A stretch of 64,000 nt of DNA from the NCBI RefSeq assembly GCF_009834535.1, contig NC_045696.1, positions 114,454,001 to 114,518,000 on the forward strand. Reading direction: 5' to 3'. A program made the position numbers and the translations under genes. This stretch comes from Camelus ferus (Eukaryota). Under the pieces are notes generated by a model. That model made no database searches. It was not told the DNA's origin and saw only the letters and a program-made list of their open reading frames with translations. Shown one piece after another: positions 49,393 to 64,000 of the stretch. Within the stretch, counting starts at the first letter, position 1, and every line of letters begins with the position of its first letter.

Positions 49393-51517
49393 GACTGGAT
49401 GACAAAATAAATGGCTCTGGATTAAAAGGAATCACCCAACTCAGCTATGGGATGTCTTCTAAACACAGGCCATGAGAAGGGGCGTTGACATCTCACCTGG
49501 AGACAGCAAGGGTGGAAATCCAGAGACAAATGATGATACAGCGCTGTCTGCGCTGGTGGGAAGTGTCAACACCTTCACAAGGTGTCACAAGCTAAGTGCA
49601 GTCAGTGCCTCGCTTTCTCTGCTTGGGGCAAGCCCTTGGACTGCAGACCTTGCACGTGATGGCTGCCAAGGGCATGGGTGAGCCGGTCCACGGCTGGGCT
49701 TGTCTGTTACACATGCTCCTCCCTGCAACAAACCAAGCCACACAGCAAGGGCGAAGGCGGGGCGTCCTGTGAGTTAACAAGGAGGGACAATTGATCCAAG
49801 ACACGTAGGCACAAAATATTAAAGTAAACTTCCCTGGACTTACTAGATGGAGGGTCCAAAGGGACAATTTGGTCACATGTATTTTATTTAATGTTGAGGA
49901 CAAATCATCACAGTGCTACATTTCCCACAACACCACAGGAATCAATTATTTCTTGCTTGCACATCTTTTGATTCTTGTTACCCTCCATGGACAGAACCCG
50001 TATCTGGGTACAGGGAACGCATTTTCCAAGGCAAAAAGCGGGAAACATCTCTGACAGTAATGTTGTGCCACTTTTGGCAGTAAACGGCAGTAAATGGCAG
50101 TAAATGGCAGGCAGGGAGATGTTGTTTGGATGACAAAATGCTAGAAATGTCAAATCATGATGAGAATGGGTGATTCAATATAATACATAAAACTGGCATC
50201 ACCCCAGAAATCCCAGATGGTGGAGGCGAGGCATGAGCAGCCCTTATTTTCTCAGCTTTGGATAACCGAGACTAGAGAGAGACCAACAATGCGTTTGTTT
50301 TTACCAAAATATAATTCCAGTAAAGACGAGTGCTATTAATTAACACTCTAATTAATGAGACTCAGAGCGCTGCGGTTTTGAAATGAGAAAACATCTAGAC
50401 GGAACATGGTACCCTCACCCCTCAGGTTTTACGGATTCAGGGCAGGAGGAAGCTTGCTGAGTCTTCAAGGGCTGTAAGATCCATTTTGCGGATGTGGAAA
50501 CTGAGGCAGGAGAAATTGTGCTGTCCTGGAAGAGTCACCCTAGGGATGGGTGCTGGGGGCTGGAATTGAAGCTGGATGGTTGAATTCTCATCTGCCACTC
50601 TTCTCGCCCGGCCACGCTCCCCAGGACTCTTATCTAACGCTGACTCCCTTCTGCTGACCACATCATCCTCGGATTCTTCTGTAGTTTGCACTGCTTATCG
50701 TTGACGTGAGCCTTTTCCCAGCTGTGTATCAGAGGCACGGCTTAAACTGCTTCAGCACACAATCAGTTCTACTTGAAAGACAGGCCTGGGCAGGGAACGC
50801 AAGTCTCCAGCATTCTCAGACATCACGAGCTCTGTTCCTCGGAGTATCTCCAGCTTAAAATCAGCCCCTTTGTTACAAACTTTTATTTCTCTAGAGTCAT
50901 CTAAGACTTAATTTAAATACCTTTCGGCAAAAACAACAACAACAAAAACAAACAAACAAAAACCCCAAACCCAAAACAAACCAAACAATGCTCAAAGAAG
51001 GCTTTAAATAAAAGCCTACAGGTTCTCCTCAAAAATGACTAACGCGAGGCATGAATTTTCAGACATATGGTGGCCAACAGCCTGGCGTTCATGGGGAATG
51101 TAAGATTTTGGAATCAAGAAGATGTTAATTCAAATCCCAAACCAACCACTCTGAGCTCTGGGCTACAGTTTGTGGCAGTGAACTAGGAAGCATTTTTCTC
51201 AATAGCAGGATAACCCAATGGAGTTATTGACTGTTATTTTTTTTTCTGTGGGTTCATCAAGATAGAATAAGAGAGGAGAGGAGGAGGGAGCATCAGGCAG
51301 AAAAACTTGTCACTCTCACTGTGAGGCTTCCATCTTGCTCTCTCCCCTGAAACTCCTGGGTCCAATGAGAACACTAGAAAGCCTCTAAGGAGGTCGTTTC
51401 TGGCAGAAGTATCCTAGAGACACCCTTTTCTGTCTCATGATTTATACATTTTGGGAGCTCAGGGATGGCCCTGGCTCTCTTCCAATTACATACATGCTTA
51501 TGGCCAGTGCTGACACC

Positions 51518-51825
51518 CAGTGGGTGTTTTTTTGTTTTAACATTTTTTATTGATTTATAATCATTTTACAATTTTGTATCAAATTCTAGTGTAGAGCACA
51601 ATTTTTCAATTATACATGAACATATATATATTCATTGTCACGTTGTTTTCTCTGTGAGCTACCACAAGATCTTGTGTATATTTCCCTGTGCTACACAGTA
51701 TAATCTCGTTTATCTATTCTGCAGTTTTGAAATCTCGGTCTATCCCTTCCCACCCGCTGCCTCCTTGGCAACTACAAGTTTGTATTCTGTCTATGAGTCT
51801 GTTTCTGTTACAGCGGGTGTTTTTT
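51518..51825 (-). mobile_element. Short young LINE-1 3'UTR insertion with 15-bp TSD
   Basis: cag(t/c)gggtgtttttt at 51518-51532 and 51811-51825, followed by aa (TTTT/AA endonuclease site); same 3'UTR type as 7750-8010. Confidence 0.9.
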
Positions 51826-54354
51826 AAGGGGACCATGGTCATAATCCAAAGGCCTTTGGAATCCTATTGCTTCCTCTTTGGGGATTTATCACATTCTTCC
51901 CTGTTAGAGCCAGACACAGAATCTACGTCCCTGTGACCACTTCAGGAGTGTAGAGTGGGGAACCAGAACACGTTACTAAGAGGTGCTAGATTCCTGGCCA
52001 AGATTTAGCCACAAATTTATTGGGGAAAAATACAACCCCAAAGAGGTGCTTGTGGGAGGCTTACTTCCCACCATCCATAGGACCTCACCTTTTCCACCAA
52101 GCCCATTACCCTGGAAAATGGATGTAGGTGAGGGAGGGTGGCTGAAATGGCTAATAGTCCCTCTGGTTTTCCCCTCAAGTTATTCATGAATTTACATCTA
52201 GCCTGTAAAAGTCCCAGAGATTTCATTCTAGAACTCAGTTAATAGTTCCACACTTTACTTCGTCATTTATTTCAACACATTTAATGGGCACCTACTATGT
52301 GCCTGGCAGCCGTAGTGTCCCCACGGCGATGATGGCGTGTTCAGTTCCTGTCCTGTTACCCTGTATGCCTCTATAATCATTGTCACCATTTTCTTCTAAC
52401 ATACCCGTTTAGCTCCTTCAGATCTGACTCTTTGGTTCTCAACGCTGGGTCCCACTTCTTTGTTCAACCTGGAGGTTTCTGTCTCAGCTGGAGCCTGAAT
52501 TTCCCCCGACTTAACCACTAAAGGAGTGAAATTTTTGTAACTCTCTGTGTAGAGACATGAGCCAAACACTTTAGAAATTCCTGTAATGGTGGTAGGTTTG
52601 AAATCTGTTCAGAGCAATTCAGGAATCTCCCTCTTTCCTTTCCTATAATAAAACAGATCTCAGCTTTTAAATATTTTCTAACTAATATTTCCTCTGAAAT
52701 CTCCATTCCTGCTCATCAGCAGCACCAACCACCACAGCAAAAACAACACTACAATCTAAGCTTGTTCATTAAAGATATACCAGTGTCTTCCAGTTTAAAA
52801 TAGTGTCTTCTGGATAAACTGTTTCTTTCAGTTTAGGAGTCTCCATTTGGTAAACGCAGTTTCTTTTTCAGTAACAACTCAGTCTTTCAAGACTTTTTCC
52901 TGTCTCCCCTTTCTTTTTTCTTATGTCATCAAAGTGTAGGAGAAATTTTACCCAACTTCACGCTGCTGGCTGGAGGGCGGGGGGCTTGGGTCCTTTTGGG
53001 AGTGTGGATGGTGTTTGGTTGAGACACAGCTCACTTAAGTTGAGTCTTTGGGCGCTGGCATCTGTCTCTGCTGCCCGGCTCCTTGCCTCGGCCCCATCAG
53101 GTGCTGTTAACACTTTTCTAACTCAAGTGCTTCATGTCCCCCATTTTTTTTTTTAATTGTAGTTAGTCAGTTACAATGTGTCAATTTCTGATGTACCCTC
53201 CTGGTTTTGGACTGTCCGGTACTCAGCTTGGATTGTAGGAACGCTTTGCCCTCCACGACTGTGATCCTTCCATAGGCACATAGGGTCTAAAATTTCCAGC
53301 TACCTCGCACATCCTTCCTACGGTCATGTGGGTGTTTCTGAATCTTCACCAGGCTATGAGTAAGCATGAGGGAAAGAGTAAGGTAGTATTTCTGGATCAT
53401 AATCTAGACAATTCACCCCACGAATAATACTCCACCATCCTCACAATGTGTTGGACGTGTTGGAGGAGAAGCTGAACACCAGCTTAGCCACTCTTGGATT
53501 CTCTTTGAGCTAGGTGGGATTTTTGTTGAGTTTCTGTCATCAGAAATCTATTGCCCCTCTGGGCTCATGTTCAGGGAATTAGGACACTGAGCTGCAGAGA
53601 AACAATGACTCTACCCTGGTCTTATCTTGTCGAAATTTCTTTCTATAATTAATTGTGTCCTCCTTCCAGAGACCCGTGGGATTTGTATTCTCCCTTATTC
53701 TGTGACAGAAACCGTACATGTATCAAATTCTCCCTGTTCTGTAGAGTAAAAACTCTATGCTCAGACTTCCAAGCTTTGCTCTTGTTGTGTAAAAGCCAGG
53801 CTTTGGAGTTTAGCAAAGGATTTTGTCTCTAAACAAAGCCTGGGCTTTCAAGACTCTTATCCTGCTATGGACTCAAGAAAAAAAAATTTTTTGAAGCTTA
53901 AAGCTGAACAATGATTTCTTTTTTCTAAGCAGCATCTGACTTGCCTCAGAAATGAAAAGTCATCAAATCAGAAGCCAGAGGCAACATGATTTATGGAGAT
54001 GGAAAAAAAATCATTGTTTTAGACATCTCAAAATAGAATGCTCTTCACAAGAGCAAGGATAACGTTTCCTTTCTGAATGCCTGGTGCCTAGCCCAGCACT
54101 TACTGCCCAGCAGGCACTCAACAAATGTGTGTTGGATGAAAAAAGTAGTCTCATTAGCTTTTCCTCAGATTCCTCTCTAGATCACCCCACTGGGTACCCC
54201 AGTTCATGTGCAATCACTCTGAGGGTGTATATGAATGAATGAAGTGTGTGGGTACTGGACCTGGTTGACATGTCTCCCCCATTTACTCAGTCCCATCCAA
54301 GCCCATGTGTTAGACTGCTGTCACCTTACTCCTCACACAATAATTCTTCACGTG

Positions 54355-54530
54355 TGGTATCTGGAAAAGCAGTAACAGCGTCTCCTGAGTACTTGTAATA
54401 AATGCAAGTTTTTATGCCTATCCTAGACCTGTTCAATCAAGAACTCTGAAGTAGGTCCAGCAATTCAGGTTTAAATAAGCCCTGTAGGTGACTCTGGTGT
54501 GTGCTAGAATTTGGGGACCACCTCTCTAAT
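54355..54530. mobile_element. MER5A-like hAT MITE
   Basis: aaatgcaagt..cctagacctgttcaatcaagaactctg..tttaaataagccctgtaggtgactctg. Confidence 0.7.
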
Positions 54531-56824
54531 ACCTCCATCTGGCTCAGCCTCCCCTATGGATGCAGGACGGGATTTATTATGGCCTCTGTTGAGCCAGCAT
54601 GGGCGGAGCCTCAGCCTCTCCCATATCTAGGTTCTGTTGGATCAGATGCTCAGAGATTCTGGCTTCCCGGAAAGACTGGATAACACAACCCAAAACTGAT
54701 CAGGAGGTTAATGCCTTGTGCAGATATGTTGAGGGGATGATGAGTGTCTATGTGAAAAGTCAAGTCAAGGAGCTTGCAGTTGAGACAACTTTAAGACTGT
54801 ACCAGGGTGAACATGGGACTGAGACCAGCATCAGTGTTCAGACCTCAGTAAGACATTATTCTGTATTGCAGACTGTCTCTCTTCTCTCCCACCCTGGATG
54901 ACCAGAGTCTTACTGTTTTTGTTAGTTAAGTCAATAAAACTCTGAAATACATCATTAACATCTTAAATCAAGAGTTTCTAAAGACAATAAGAAGACTTTG
55001 AGTAATTAAACTTCTATGAAGAATGTATGAGGTAAAATTCACCTAGCACGTCAAGTATGCATGATTATAAACTATGCACAACAAACTCTTCCATGTGGAT
55101 TGTAATTCTGATGTTACATTTTTAGTGCATTTTCAACAGAGAACCGGCGAAAACCTTAGGGAAATATCTCTGTCCTGCTATTTTTCTCTTGTTCTGGTTT
55201 TTTGTCATTCAATGAGTTTATTCTAAGTCCCATCTGTTCCAAGTCCCAAGATGTCTGTGTTTGAATAGTTGCCTTCCTCATCTTAATTGCAGAGACGTTT
55301 CAGCTCTTTGTCGGTAGTGTTCAAAGTTCATATGGATAATATGGCAACTTCATTAACTATATGTGCATAGCTTCCTCCTCTGATTAATACCTACTATAAA
55401 TTTCACTTCAGTTCTGGAATCTAATGAAGTTTGCTTTCTTAGGAACTGCATATCTGTTCCTCTGAGGACTTTCCTCTCTGAGGGTTTTAATCATAGCTTG
55501 TTCCCTCTCTCTGTTCTAAACGCTTGCAAGTCTGAAATCCGTTCCTCTGCCTTGAAAAACAGTGGCTTTTCCTTCGATGGAAAAACATTTTTCCAATAGG
55601 ATACGATTTATGAAAGGGCTTCTCTCTGCTCCCTGCTGCATAGAAATTACTTCTTGATAATTCTCAGGTTATTGTCAAATATTTCCACCTCGTGTATCCA
55701 TATACAGTATTTTTGTTTAACTCTTCTTATGCATAATTATGCAAAATAACTAATTTCATTAGTCATATTGAAAGATAGCTCCTGAAAACAGAACTGTAAA
55801 GATGATTAAGGGCCTTCAGAGGGAGGAAATATGAAGCAGTAGGTTTGGGTAGCCAGCCCAAGAGTCATTGTGCACTTGCCAAGAAGATCAAGGTCTGGGT
55901 GAAGATGGAACGGCATGGATGTGATGGACTTTGAGTGCCGGGTTTAATAAACCCAGTTAGTAAAACCATGATTCCCTAAGACCTGAGACCAAGACGTGGG
56001 AGGTCAGCTGGCCTGGTGGAAGATGCAAAGACTCACTGCAGGTCACAGCGACAGAGCTGGTGCTTGTGAAGCAAGACGTTAAGAAAAGCCAAGAAGAGAA
56101 CAGTCAGGTAGGAGAGCCAACTGAGCAGAGACCAAAGTGAGAATTCAGAATTCGTTCATGTTATCACAAACCCCTTCAAAACCCTTTGATGTTACCTCAT
56201 TACCAAATACAGGGTTCTCAAACTTTAGAAAACTCACTGTTGTTACAAATTCCTAGTCTGTGCCACAGAGATTCTGATTCCATATTTGTAGGGTCAGGGC
56301 TCAAACAGCTCAGCTTTATCTAACTTAAGAGATTTCCCCATATTTTCAGAAACACCGAACTTCAGGGTAAAGTCCAAATTCCTGACCGTAAAAATGAGTG
56401 TCCTCTAAGATTTCTCAAGGTTGTTTAAGTATTTCTTCTTTTCTCTGAAGCAATTCTTAATATCATTGAGATTGAACCCTTCCTTTTATATAGCAGTGCA
56501 ATCCACAACATTATTATAGAGCTTTAGGAACATAAGAACAGCTGCTCGATTACATTCTGTCCTCTTCTAGAAGAGGGCGAGCAACTTAAAGATAAAGACT
56601 AGCACTTGCTTCTGATTTCCCAGTGCTCGGCACAGTGCTTAGTGTAGAGCAACTGCTCAAAAACGAGTTCTATCGTATCTATTCATGCAGCCAAGTGAAA
56701 GTTATTTCCATCTCTTTGGGGGAACAGATACCGCTAACTAATCTGAAAAGATACATCTCCCTTCTCCCCAGCAAATCCACCAAATTGTGGTGTATTACCA
56801 CCATTGTGTCCCTTTCTTGCAATG

Positions 56825-57890
56825 TTGATGTCATCTGGCTTTGGATTTAGGGTAATCTTGGCCTCATAAATTGAATTGGGGATGTAATTTTCTCTATTTT
56901 CCGAGTATTTGTTTTGGATTGGTATGAATTTTTACTTAAATGTTTGTTAGAATTCACCAGTGAAGTCATCTGGGCCTTGATTTTTTTTTTTTTTTATGTG
57001 TGTGACAATATTTTTCATTACTAATATCTTAACATATAGGTCTATTCAAATATTCTATTTCTTCTGAGTCAGTTTTAGTAATTTATGTCTTTTTAGAAGT
57101 TTCTCCACTTCATCTAAGCTGTTCAATATGTTGTTATAAAGCTTTTCATGGTATTTCCATTTAATCCTTTAAATTTCTCTGTGTTCTATAGTGATTTTTT
57201 TTAATTCCTAATTTGTATCACCTCATTTTCTTGGTCAGTTTAAGTAAAATTTTACCAATTTTTCATTTCAAAGAACTAAATTTTGGTTTCATTGATTTTC
57301 TTTATTATTTTCTATTTTGTATCTTACTGATTTATGTTCTGATCTTCATTTTTTTATCCTGGCTTTGATTTTTCTTTCCTTTTATTCTAGCTTCTTAAGA
57401 AGCACATCCAGATTATATTCTTCTATTTTAATATAAGTGTTTAAAAATACAACATTACCTCTAAACACTGATTTAACTGCCTCTCATAAATGTTAATATG
57501 GCTTGTTTTTATTCAGTTGCATTTATATTTAGCCTGCTATTTTTAAATTTCCCTTTTGATTTCTTCTTCAATCTATTAGTAATTTATAATTATGGTTTTT
57601 AATTTCCAAATAATTGAGGATTTCCCAGATTTCTTTCATTGTATTCATAATTTTATTCCATTGTATTGGGAGAACATTATTTGCGTGATTTAAATCCTCT
57701 TACAAACATTGCGATTTGTTTTATTACCAAGTGTGTGGTCTACCCTAAAGAATATTCTACTCTTGAAAATAGTATGCAGTATAAATTCTGCTGTGTTGGT
57801 GGAGGGTTCTCTGCATGTCGGTTAGGTCAAGTTTGTTGATGGTGGTACTCAAGTCTATAGTCTCACTGATTTTCTGTCTAGTAGTTCAGA
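56825..57890 (-). mobile_element. Ancient LINE-1 ORF2 fragment
   Basis: tagaattcaccagtgaagtcatctgggcc; ggtctattcaaat; ttaggtcaagtttgttgat. Confidence 0.8.
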
Positions 57891-58294
57891 GTAGGTTTTT
57901 ATTGAGTTGTAGCTCCAGAAATTTCATTCAGACTCTTTTTCCATAAGAAACCAGATATTTATGATGATTTAGGAAATAAACTAATAGAAAAAGAAAGAAA
58001 TCTTTCACATTACTTTGTTAAAAGTTAGCTACACCTCACATAAAATTACAAATGGATAAAATAGTTTTTAAAGGAATAATTTTAACCTGCTTTTGTTACT
58101 AAGAGCAACAAGATCATTTTTTGGCTTTATGTGACATGGAATCCTAGCATATTACCCCATGCAGTGTGTTCCCTGTTGTTTCTCTATGTGTGTGAACGTG
58201 ACTGACGTTCTAAAAACCAAAGAGAACCAAATAGGAAAGAGAAACTCCAGTCCAAGAACGTATTGCTCAGGACTGTGCCTTCCTTTTTTGTTTT

Positions 58295-58343
58295 GTTTTA
58301 TTTTATTTTATTTTATTTTATTTTATTTTATTTTATTTTATTA
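58295..58343. repeat. (TTTTA)n microsatellite
   Basis: Directly visible. Confidence 0.95.
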
Positions 58344-59724
58344 TTTCCCATGGTGCATAGAACTTCCCTTGGGGCAAAGTAGGTATTCACTATACAGGAG
58401 CTTACTGCAAGACTGACGTCCTGGAAGCAGTTCAATATAAAAAGCAATCATTTCTGTGACTACATGGAATTCTAGCCTTGCTCAACTTTTCTGACAATTA
58501 CTGATGCTGAAGGACATGCTAACTGAATGCACAAGCATGCTGAGTGGCCAGGACCCTCTATAGCTTGTGTAATGCAAAGGCTTCTGGTAAGGGTTTCTGT
58601 ATAATGATTGGGTTTTAGTGGAAATGACTCATCCATCCTTAATCAGGGTAAAGGACAGCCTCAAAGTGGTAATTGCTGAAGATACAAAACGTAACTAGCA
58701 AATTATACAAAGAATCTCATTTTACATACACTAGAATGCTGGCAAGTAGCTTAGAAATATGGAAAATTTTGAGCTGAAATGGTCTTTATAAAGTACTTAT
58801 TCCAACTCCTTTTTTTTTTTTTATTACTGGTGAGGAAACTGTAGCTCAGAACATGTTTTTTCTTCCCTAAAGTTGTTCTCAGAGTTGGTTGGTTCACTTC
58901 ATTAATTTTACTGGTCAGCTGGCAGTCCTTCCAAACTGATCAAGGGGATAGACTTAGCCACAACACAGACTTATTTCTGAATTGGTGCTTCCATACATGT
59001 AGAAAAACCCATCATCCTTCATTAAAACAACAGAGGAAAAAAAAGAATAAACTTTGAAGGGCTCATGTTATCTGCTTTTAGAATATTTGCCTATAAAATA
59101 CCCAATACATTTAATTGGTTCAATTCACATAATTTCACAGGAAGAGGACCTAGATGTCTTGAGAATGGTACTAACACTTTAAAAGAGAGATGAAGAAATA
59201 ATGGAGTTATCAGTAATCACACCATAAACAGATCTTAAGCAGTATAAATCTATTTTCATTTTTGTTCCTTTGTGGATCCACACCCCAAACTCAACAAAAG
59301 TATGATCCTACTGTATACGTTTGGATATAATGATATCCTGAAAGGAAATTCACTCTTTCTCAGTGAGAGATTATAGGACAGTTTTAAACCAACTGTATTT
59401 ATTCATTCAATGAACATTTAATGCCCAGCACATGCCAATCGCTGTCTGATGCACATGGTATCCGATAGTAAAGAAAACATATAACTATCTCTGTTTGCAT
59501 AGAAATATAAACTCTGATCATTACAGCAGTATAATATGCAATTCACTTAGTCGTATATGCATATTTAATATTATACACATTAATAACAATTTTGAATATT
59601 CCTCTTTTCTCATCTCACATTTCAAAAACCATTTTATTCAAACTTGTACGTGCAATTTTAAAAGCAATTTTAAAAATCAAAAAATCATGACATTCATCAG
59701 TTTTACAGATTAAGAATATGGTTT

Positions 59725-60009
59725 TCAGAATGTTTTTACATTCCCATGACATTTATTTTATAACTGGAACTTTGTACTTCTTGACCACCTTTACCCGTTT
59801 CACCCTCCCTCCCCACAGCAGTCACCATTCTGTTTTCCGTATCTCTGAGTTTGGTTTCATTTTGTTTTGTTTTTTAGATTCCACATATAAGTGAAATAAT
59901 ATGGTATTTGTCTTTCTCTGACTTATTTTGCTTAGCATAATTCCCTTAAGTCCATTCATACTGTCATAAAAGGCAAGATTTAGTTATTTTTATGACTGAG
60001 TAGTATTCC

Positions 60010-60057
<48 letters not shown>

Positions 60058-63000
60058 CAACTTCTTCTTTATCCATTCATCTATTGATGGACACTTAGGT
60101 TGTTGCCATGTTTTGACAATTGTAAATAATGCTGTGGTAAACATATGCGTACAGATATCTTTTTGGGTTAGTATTTTCATTTTCTTCAGATAAATATCCA
60201 GAAGTGGAATTGCTGGATCATATGATAGTTCCTTTTCCAATTTTTTTAGGAAACCCCATACCATTTTCCATGGTGGCTGCACCAAACTACATTTCCACCA
60301 ATAGTGTGCTAGGGTTCCCTTTTCTCCACATCTTGCCAACATTTGTTATTTCTTGTTTTTTTGATAATAGCCATTCTGACAGGTATGATGTAACCTCTCA
60401 TTGTGTTTTGATTTGCATTTCCCTTATGATTAGTGATGTTGAGCATCTTTTCATGCGCCTGATGGCCATCTATATTTTTTCTTTGGAAAATTTTCTATTC
60501 AGATCTTCTGTCCATTTTTAACTTTATTGTTTATAGGATTTTTTTTTTTACTATTGAGTTTTTCAAATTCTTTATATATTTTTAGATATTAATTCCTTAT
60601 CAGATATATGATTTGCAAATATTTTCTCCCATTCAGTGGGTTTTCTTTTCATTTTGTTGATGGTTTCCTTTGCTGTGCAAAAGCTTTTGAGTTTTATGTA
60701 GTCCCACTTGTTTATTTTTGCTTTGTTGCCTTTGCTTTTGGAGTCACATCTAAAAATTCATTGTCAAGACTGATGTCAAGTAGCTTATAGTTTATGTTTT
60801 CTTCCAGGAGTTTTATGGTTTTAGATCTTACAGTCAAGTCCTTAATCCATTTTGAGTTGATTTTTGTGCATGCTGTGAAACAGTGATCTAGTTTTATTCC
60901 TTTGCATGTGGCTGTCAAGTTTTCCCAGCACTATTTATTAATGGGCCATCCTTTACCCACCATATAGTTTTTCCTCCTTTGTCATAAATTAATTGACCAC
61001 CTATGGGTGGGTTTATTTGTGGGTTCTTTATTCTGTTCCACTGATCTATGTGTCTGTTTTTATGCTAATACCATACTGTTTAGATTTCTATAGCTTTATA
61101 GTATAGTTTGAAATCAAGGAGGGTGGTGCCTTCAGATTTGTTCTTTCTCAATATTGTTTTGGTTATTTGATGTCTTTCTTTGATTCTATACAAATTTTAA
61201 GATTGTCTTGTTCTGTAAAAAAATTAGAATTTAATAGGAATTGCATTAAATCTATGTATTCTTTCAGTAATATGGATACTTCAACAGTATTAAATCTTCA
61301 AGTCCATGAGCACAGAATATCTTCCATTTCATTATATCCTCTTCAATTTCTTGTATCAATGACTTATAGTGTGTAGGTCTCTCACTTCGGTTGAATTTAT
61401 TCCTGGGTATTTGATGCAATTGTAAATGGGATTGTTTTCTTAAACTGTCTTTCTGATAGTTAGTTGTTAGTGTACAGAAATGCAATTGACTTCTGTATAT
61501 TGATTTTGTACACTGCCACTTTACTGAATTTGCTTATTAGTTCTAGCAGTTTTTTGGTGACATCTTTTAGAGTTTTCTGTATATAAAATTATGTCACCTG
61601 CAAATAGTGAATGTTTAACTTTTTCCTTTCCAATTTGGATGCCTTAGTTTCTTTTTCTTGTTTAACTTCTCTGGCAAGAATTACGATAAACAAAAGTGGG
61701 TGAAGGGGGCGTCCTTGTTTTGTTTCTGAACTTGGAGGAAATGCTTTCAGCTTTTCACCATTGAGGATGATGTTAGCTGTGGGTCTGTCATATGTGGCCT
61801 TTATTATGTTGAGGTGTAGTCTCTCTACACCCAGCTGCTTTGCTGAGAGGGTTTTGTTTTGTTTGTTTTTTTACCATAAATGGCTGTTGAATTTTGTCAA
61901 ATATTTTCCTGCATCTATTGAGATGATTATATGATTTTTATCCTTCATTTTGTTAATGTGTTGTATGAGGTTGATTGATTTGCATATGTTGAACAACCTT
62001 TGCATCCCAGGAGTTAATCCCACTTGATTATGGTGTATGATGATTTTAATATATTGTTGAATTTGATTTGCCAATATTTTGTTGAGGATTTTTGCATCTG
62101 TGTTCATCAGAGATATTGGCCTGTAATTTCCTTTTTTTTTTTTTCTTTTTTTGTGTGTCCTTATTTGGTTTTGGTATCAGGGTTATGTTGGCCTTGTAAA
62201 ATTTGACTGGAAACATTCATTCCTCTTCAATTTTTTGGAAGATTTTGAGAAGGATAGGTATTAAATCTTTGACTGTTTGGTAGAATTCACCAATGAAGCT
62301 GTCTGGTCCTGGACTTTTGTTTGTTGAAAGGTTTATGATTATTGACTCAATTTCCTTACTAGTAATTTATCCATTTAGATTTTTTATTTTTTCCCGATTG
62401 TCTTGGATGATTGTATGATTCTAAGAGTATATCCATTTTTTTTCTAGGTTGTCCAATTTGTTGGCATATAATTGTTTGTAGTAATCTCTTATTATCCTTT
62501 GTATTTCTGTGGTATCATTTGTAATTTCTCTTTCAGTTCTGATTTTTATTTGAGACCTCATTCTTTTTTTCCTTGGCAAGTCTAGCTAACAGTTTGTCAA
62601 TTCTGTTTATCTTTTCCAAGAACCAGCTCTCAGTTTCATTGATATCCATTTTTTATTCTCTATGTTATTTATTTCTGCTCTGAGTTTTATTATTTCCTTC
62701 CTTCTGTTAAAACTGTTGGCTTTGTTCTTCTTTTTCTAGTTTATTTTGGTGTAAAGTTAGATTGTTTGTTTACTTGAGATTTTCTTTTTTCTTGAGGTAG
62801 ACCAGTATGCTATGAATTTAACTTAAAACTGCTTTTGCTGCATCTCATAAATTTTGGTAATGTCATATTTCCATTTTTATTTGTCTCTAGGTATTTTAAA
62901 AATTCTCCTTTGATTTCTTTGTTCACCCAATGGTTGTTCAGTAGCATTTTGTTTAATCTCTGCATATTGTGATTTTTTTCAGTTTTCTTCTTCTAGTTTA

Positions 63001-64000
63001 TTTCAAGTTTCATACCATTGTGTTCAGAAAAAGATGTTTGATATGATTTCAACCTTCTTAAATTTATTGAGACTTGTTTCGTGGCCTAACATGTGATCTA
63101 TCCTGGAGAATGTTCCATGTTCACTGGAAAAGAATGCATGTTCTGCTGCTTTTGGATGGAGTGCTCTCTCTATATCTATAAAATATATCTGATCTAATGT
63201 GTTGCTTAATGCCAATGTTTCCTTGTTGATTTTCTGTCTGCGTGATCTATCCGTTGATGTAAGGAGTGTTAAAGTCTTCTACTAGTGTTGTATTTCTGCC
63301 TTTTGGTCTGTTAATATTTGCTTTATGTATGTTGGTGCACTTATGTTAGGTGCATATATATTTGTAAATATTGTATCTTCTTGTTGGATTTACCCCATTA
63401 TCATTATTTAATACATTTCTTTGTCTTTAATTGCAGTTTTTGTTTTAAAGTCTATCTTGTCTGATATTGGTATTGTTACTTCAGCTTTCTTTTTGTTTCC
63501 AGTTGCATGGGATATCTTTTCCCCTTCCTTCACTTTCGGCCTGTATGTGTCCTTACATCTGAAGTGAGTCTCTTGTTGGCAACATATACATGGCCTTGTT
63601 TTTTGTACCCATTCAGCCACTCTATGTTTTTGATTGGAAAATTCAGTCCATTCACAGTAAAAGTAATTATTGATAGGTATGGACCTACTGCCATTTTGTT
63701 AATAGTTCTATGGCTATTTTTTTTATAGTTCCTCTCTTTTCTTTCTTCTTTTATTCCCTTGTGGTTTGATAACTTTCTTTGGTGTTATGTTTAGGTTCCT
63801 TTCTCTTTTTCTTTTGTGTGTCTATCATTGGCTTTTGCTTTGTGGTTACTGTGAGGTTCACATAAAACAATCTATTTTAAGTTGATAGCAACTTAAATTT
63901 GAAGTCATTCCAAAATGCTTCATTTTTACTCACCCTCCATGTTATATGATTTTGCTGTCACATTTTATATTTTTTATTTTATGTATACCTTAACTAATTA
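59725..64000 (-). mobile_element. Long decayed LINE-1 (L1MA-like): endonuclease, RT and C-terminal ORF2 plus 3'UTR, reaching the window end
   Basis: ORF track: CCQQETHFR..ISDKIDFK and HGTFSRIDHMLGH (EN); [18 protein letters not shown] (RT); [12 protein letters not shown]; contains (TG)n at 60012-60055. Confidence 0.97.

Noticed and set aside
54664..54672. Perfect GAS motif TTCCCGGAA
   Set aside because: A single 9-mer with no supporting context.
1..64000. CRISPR arrays, tRNA/rRNA genes, CpG-island promoter
   Set aside because: None seen; the sequence is CpG-depleted mammalian DNA with no repeat-spacer periodicity.

Overview
Mammalian, repeat-dense, apparently non-coding (intergenic or intronic) DNA. 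No intact host protein-coding exon could be supported; most listed ORFs are LINE-1/LTR remnants or chance ORFs. The recurring young L1 3'UTR type and the absence of ruminant, pig, carnivore and primate SINEs suggest a camelid (inference). The standout is a ~1.1 kb non-repeat stretch at ~13330-14432 (minus strand). Read across three frames, it follows the bornavirus nucleoprotein (N) collinearly from start codon to C-terminus, which suggests a full-length, heavily decayed endogenous bornavirus-like N element (EBLN). This is a by-eye alignment to the BoDV-1 N sequence recalled from memory and needs a frameshift-aware search to confirm. Also notable: a young L1 insertion (6781-8138) combining a twin-priming 5' inversion, a 3' transduction and a perfect 15-bp TSD; a multi-layer nest of transposons; two MER41-like solo LTRs; several local duplications and palindromes. 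Repeat family names and most repeat boundaries are approximate, from motif recognition rather than RepeatMasker.
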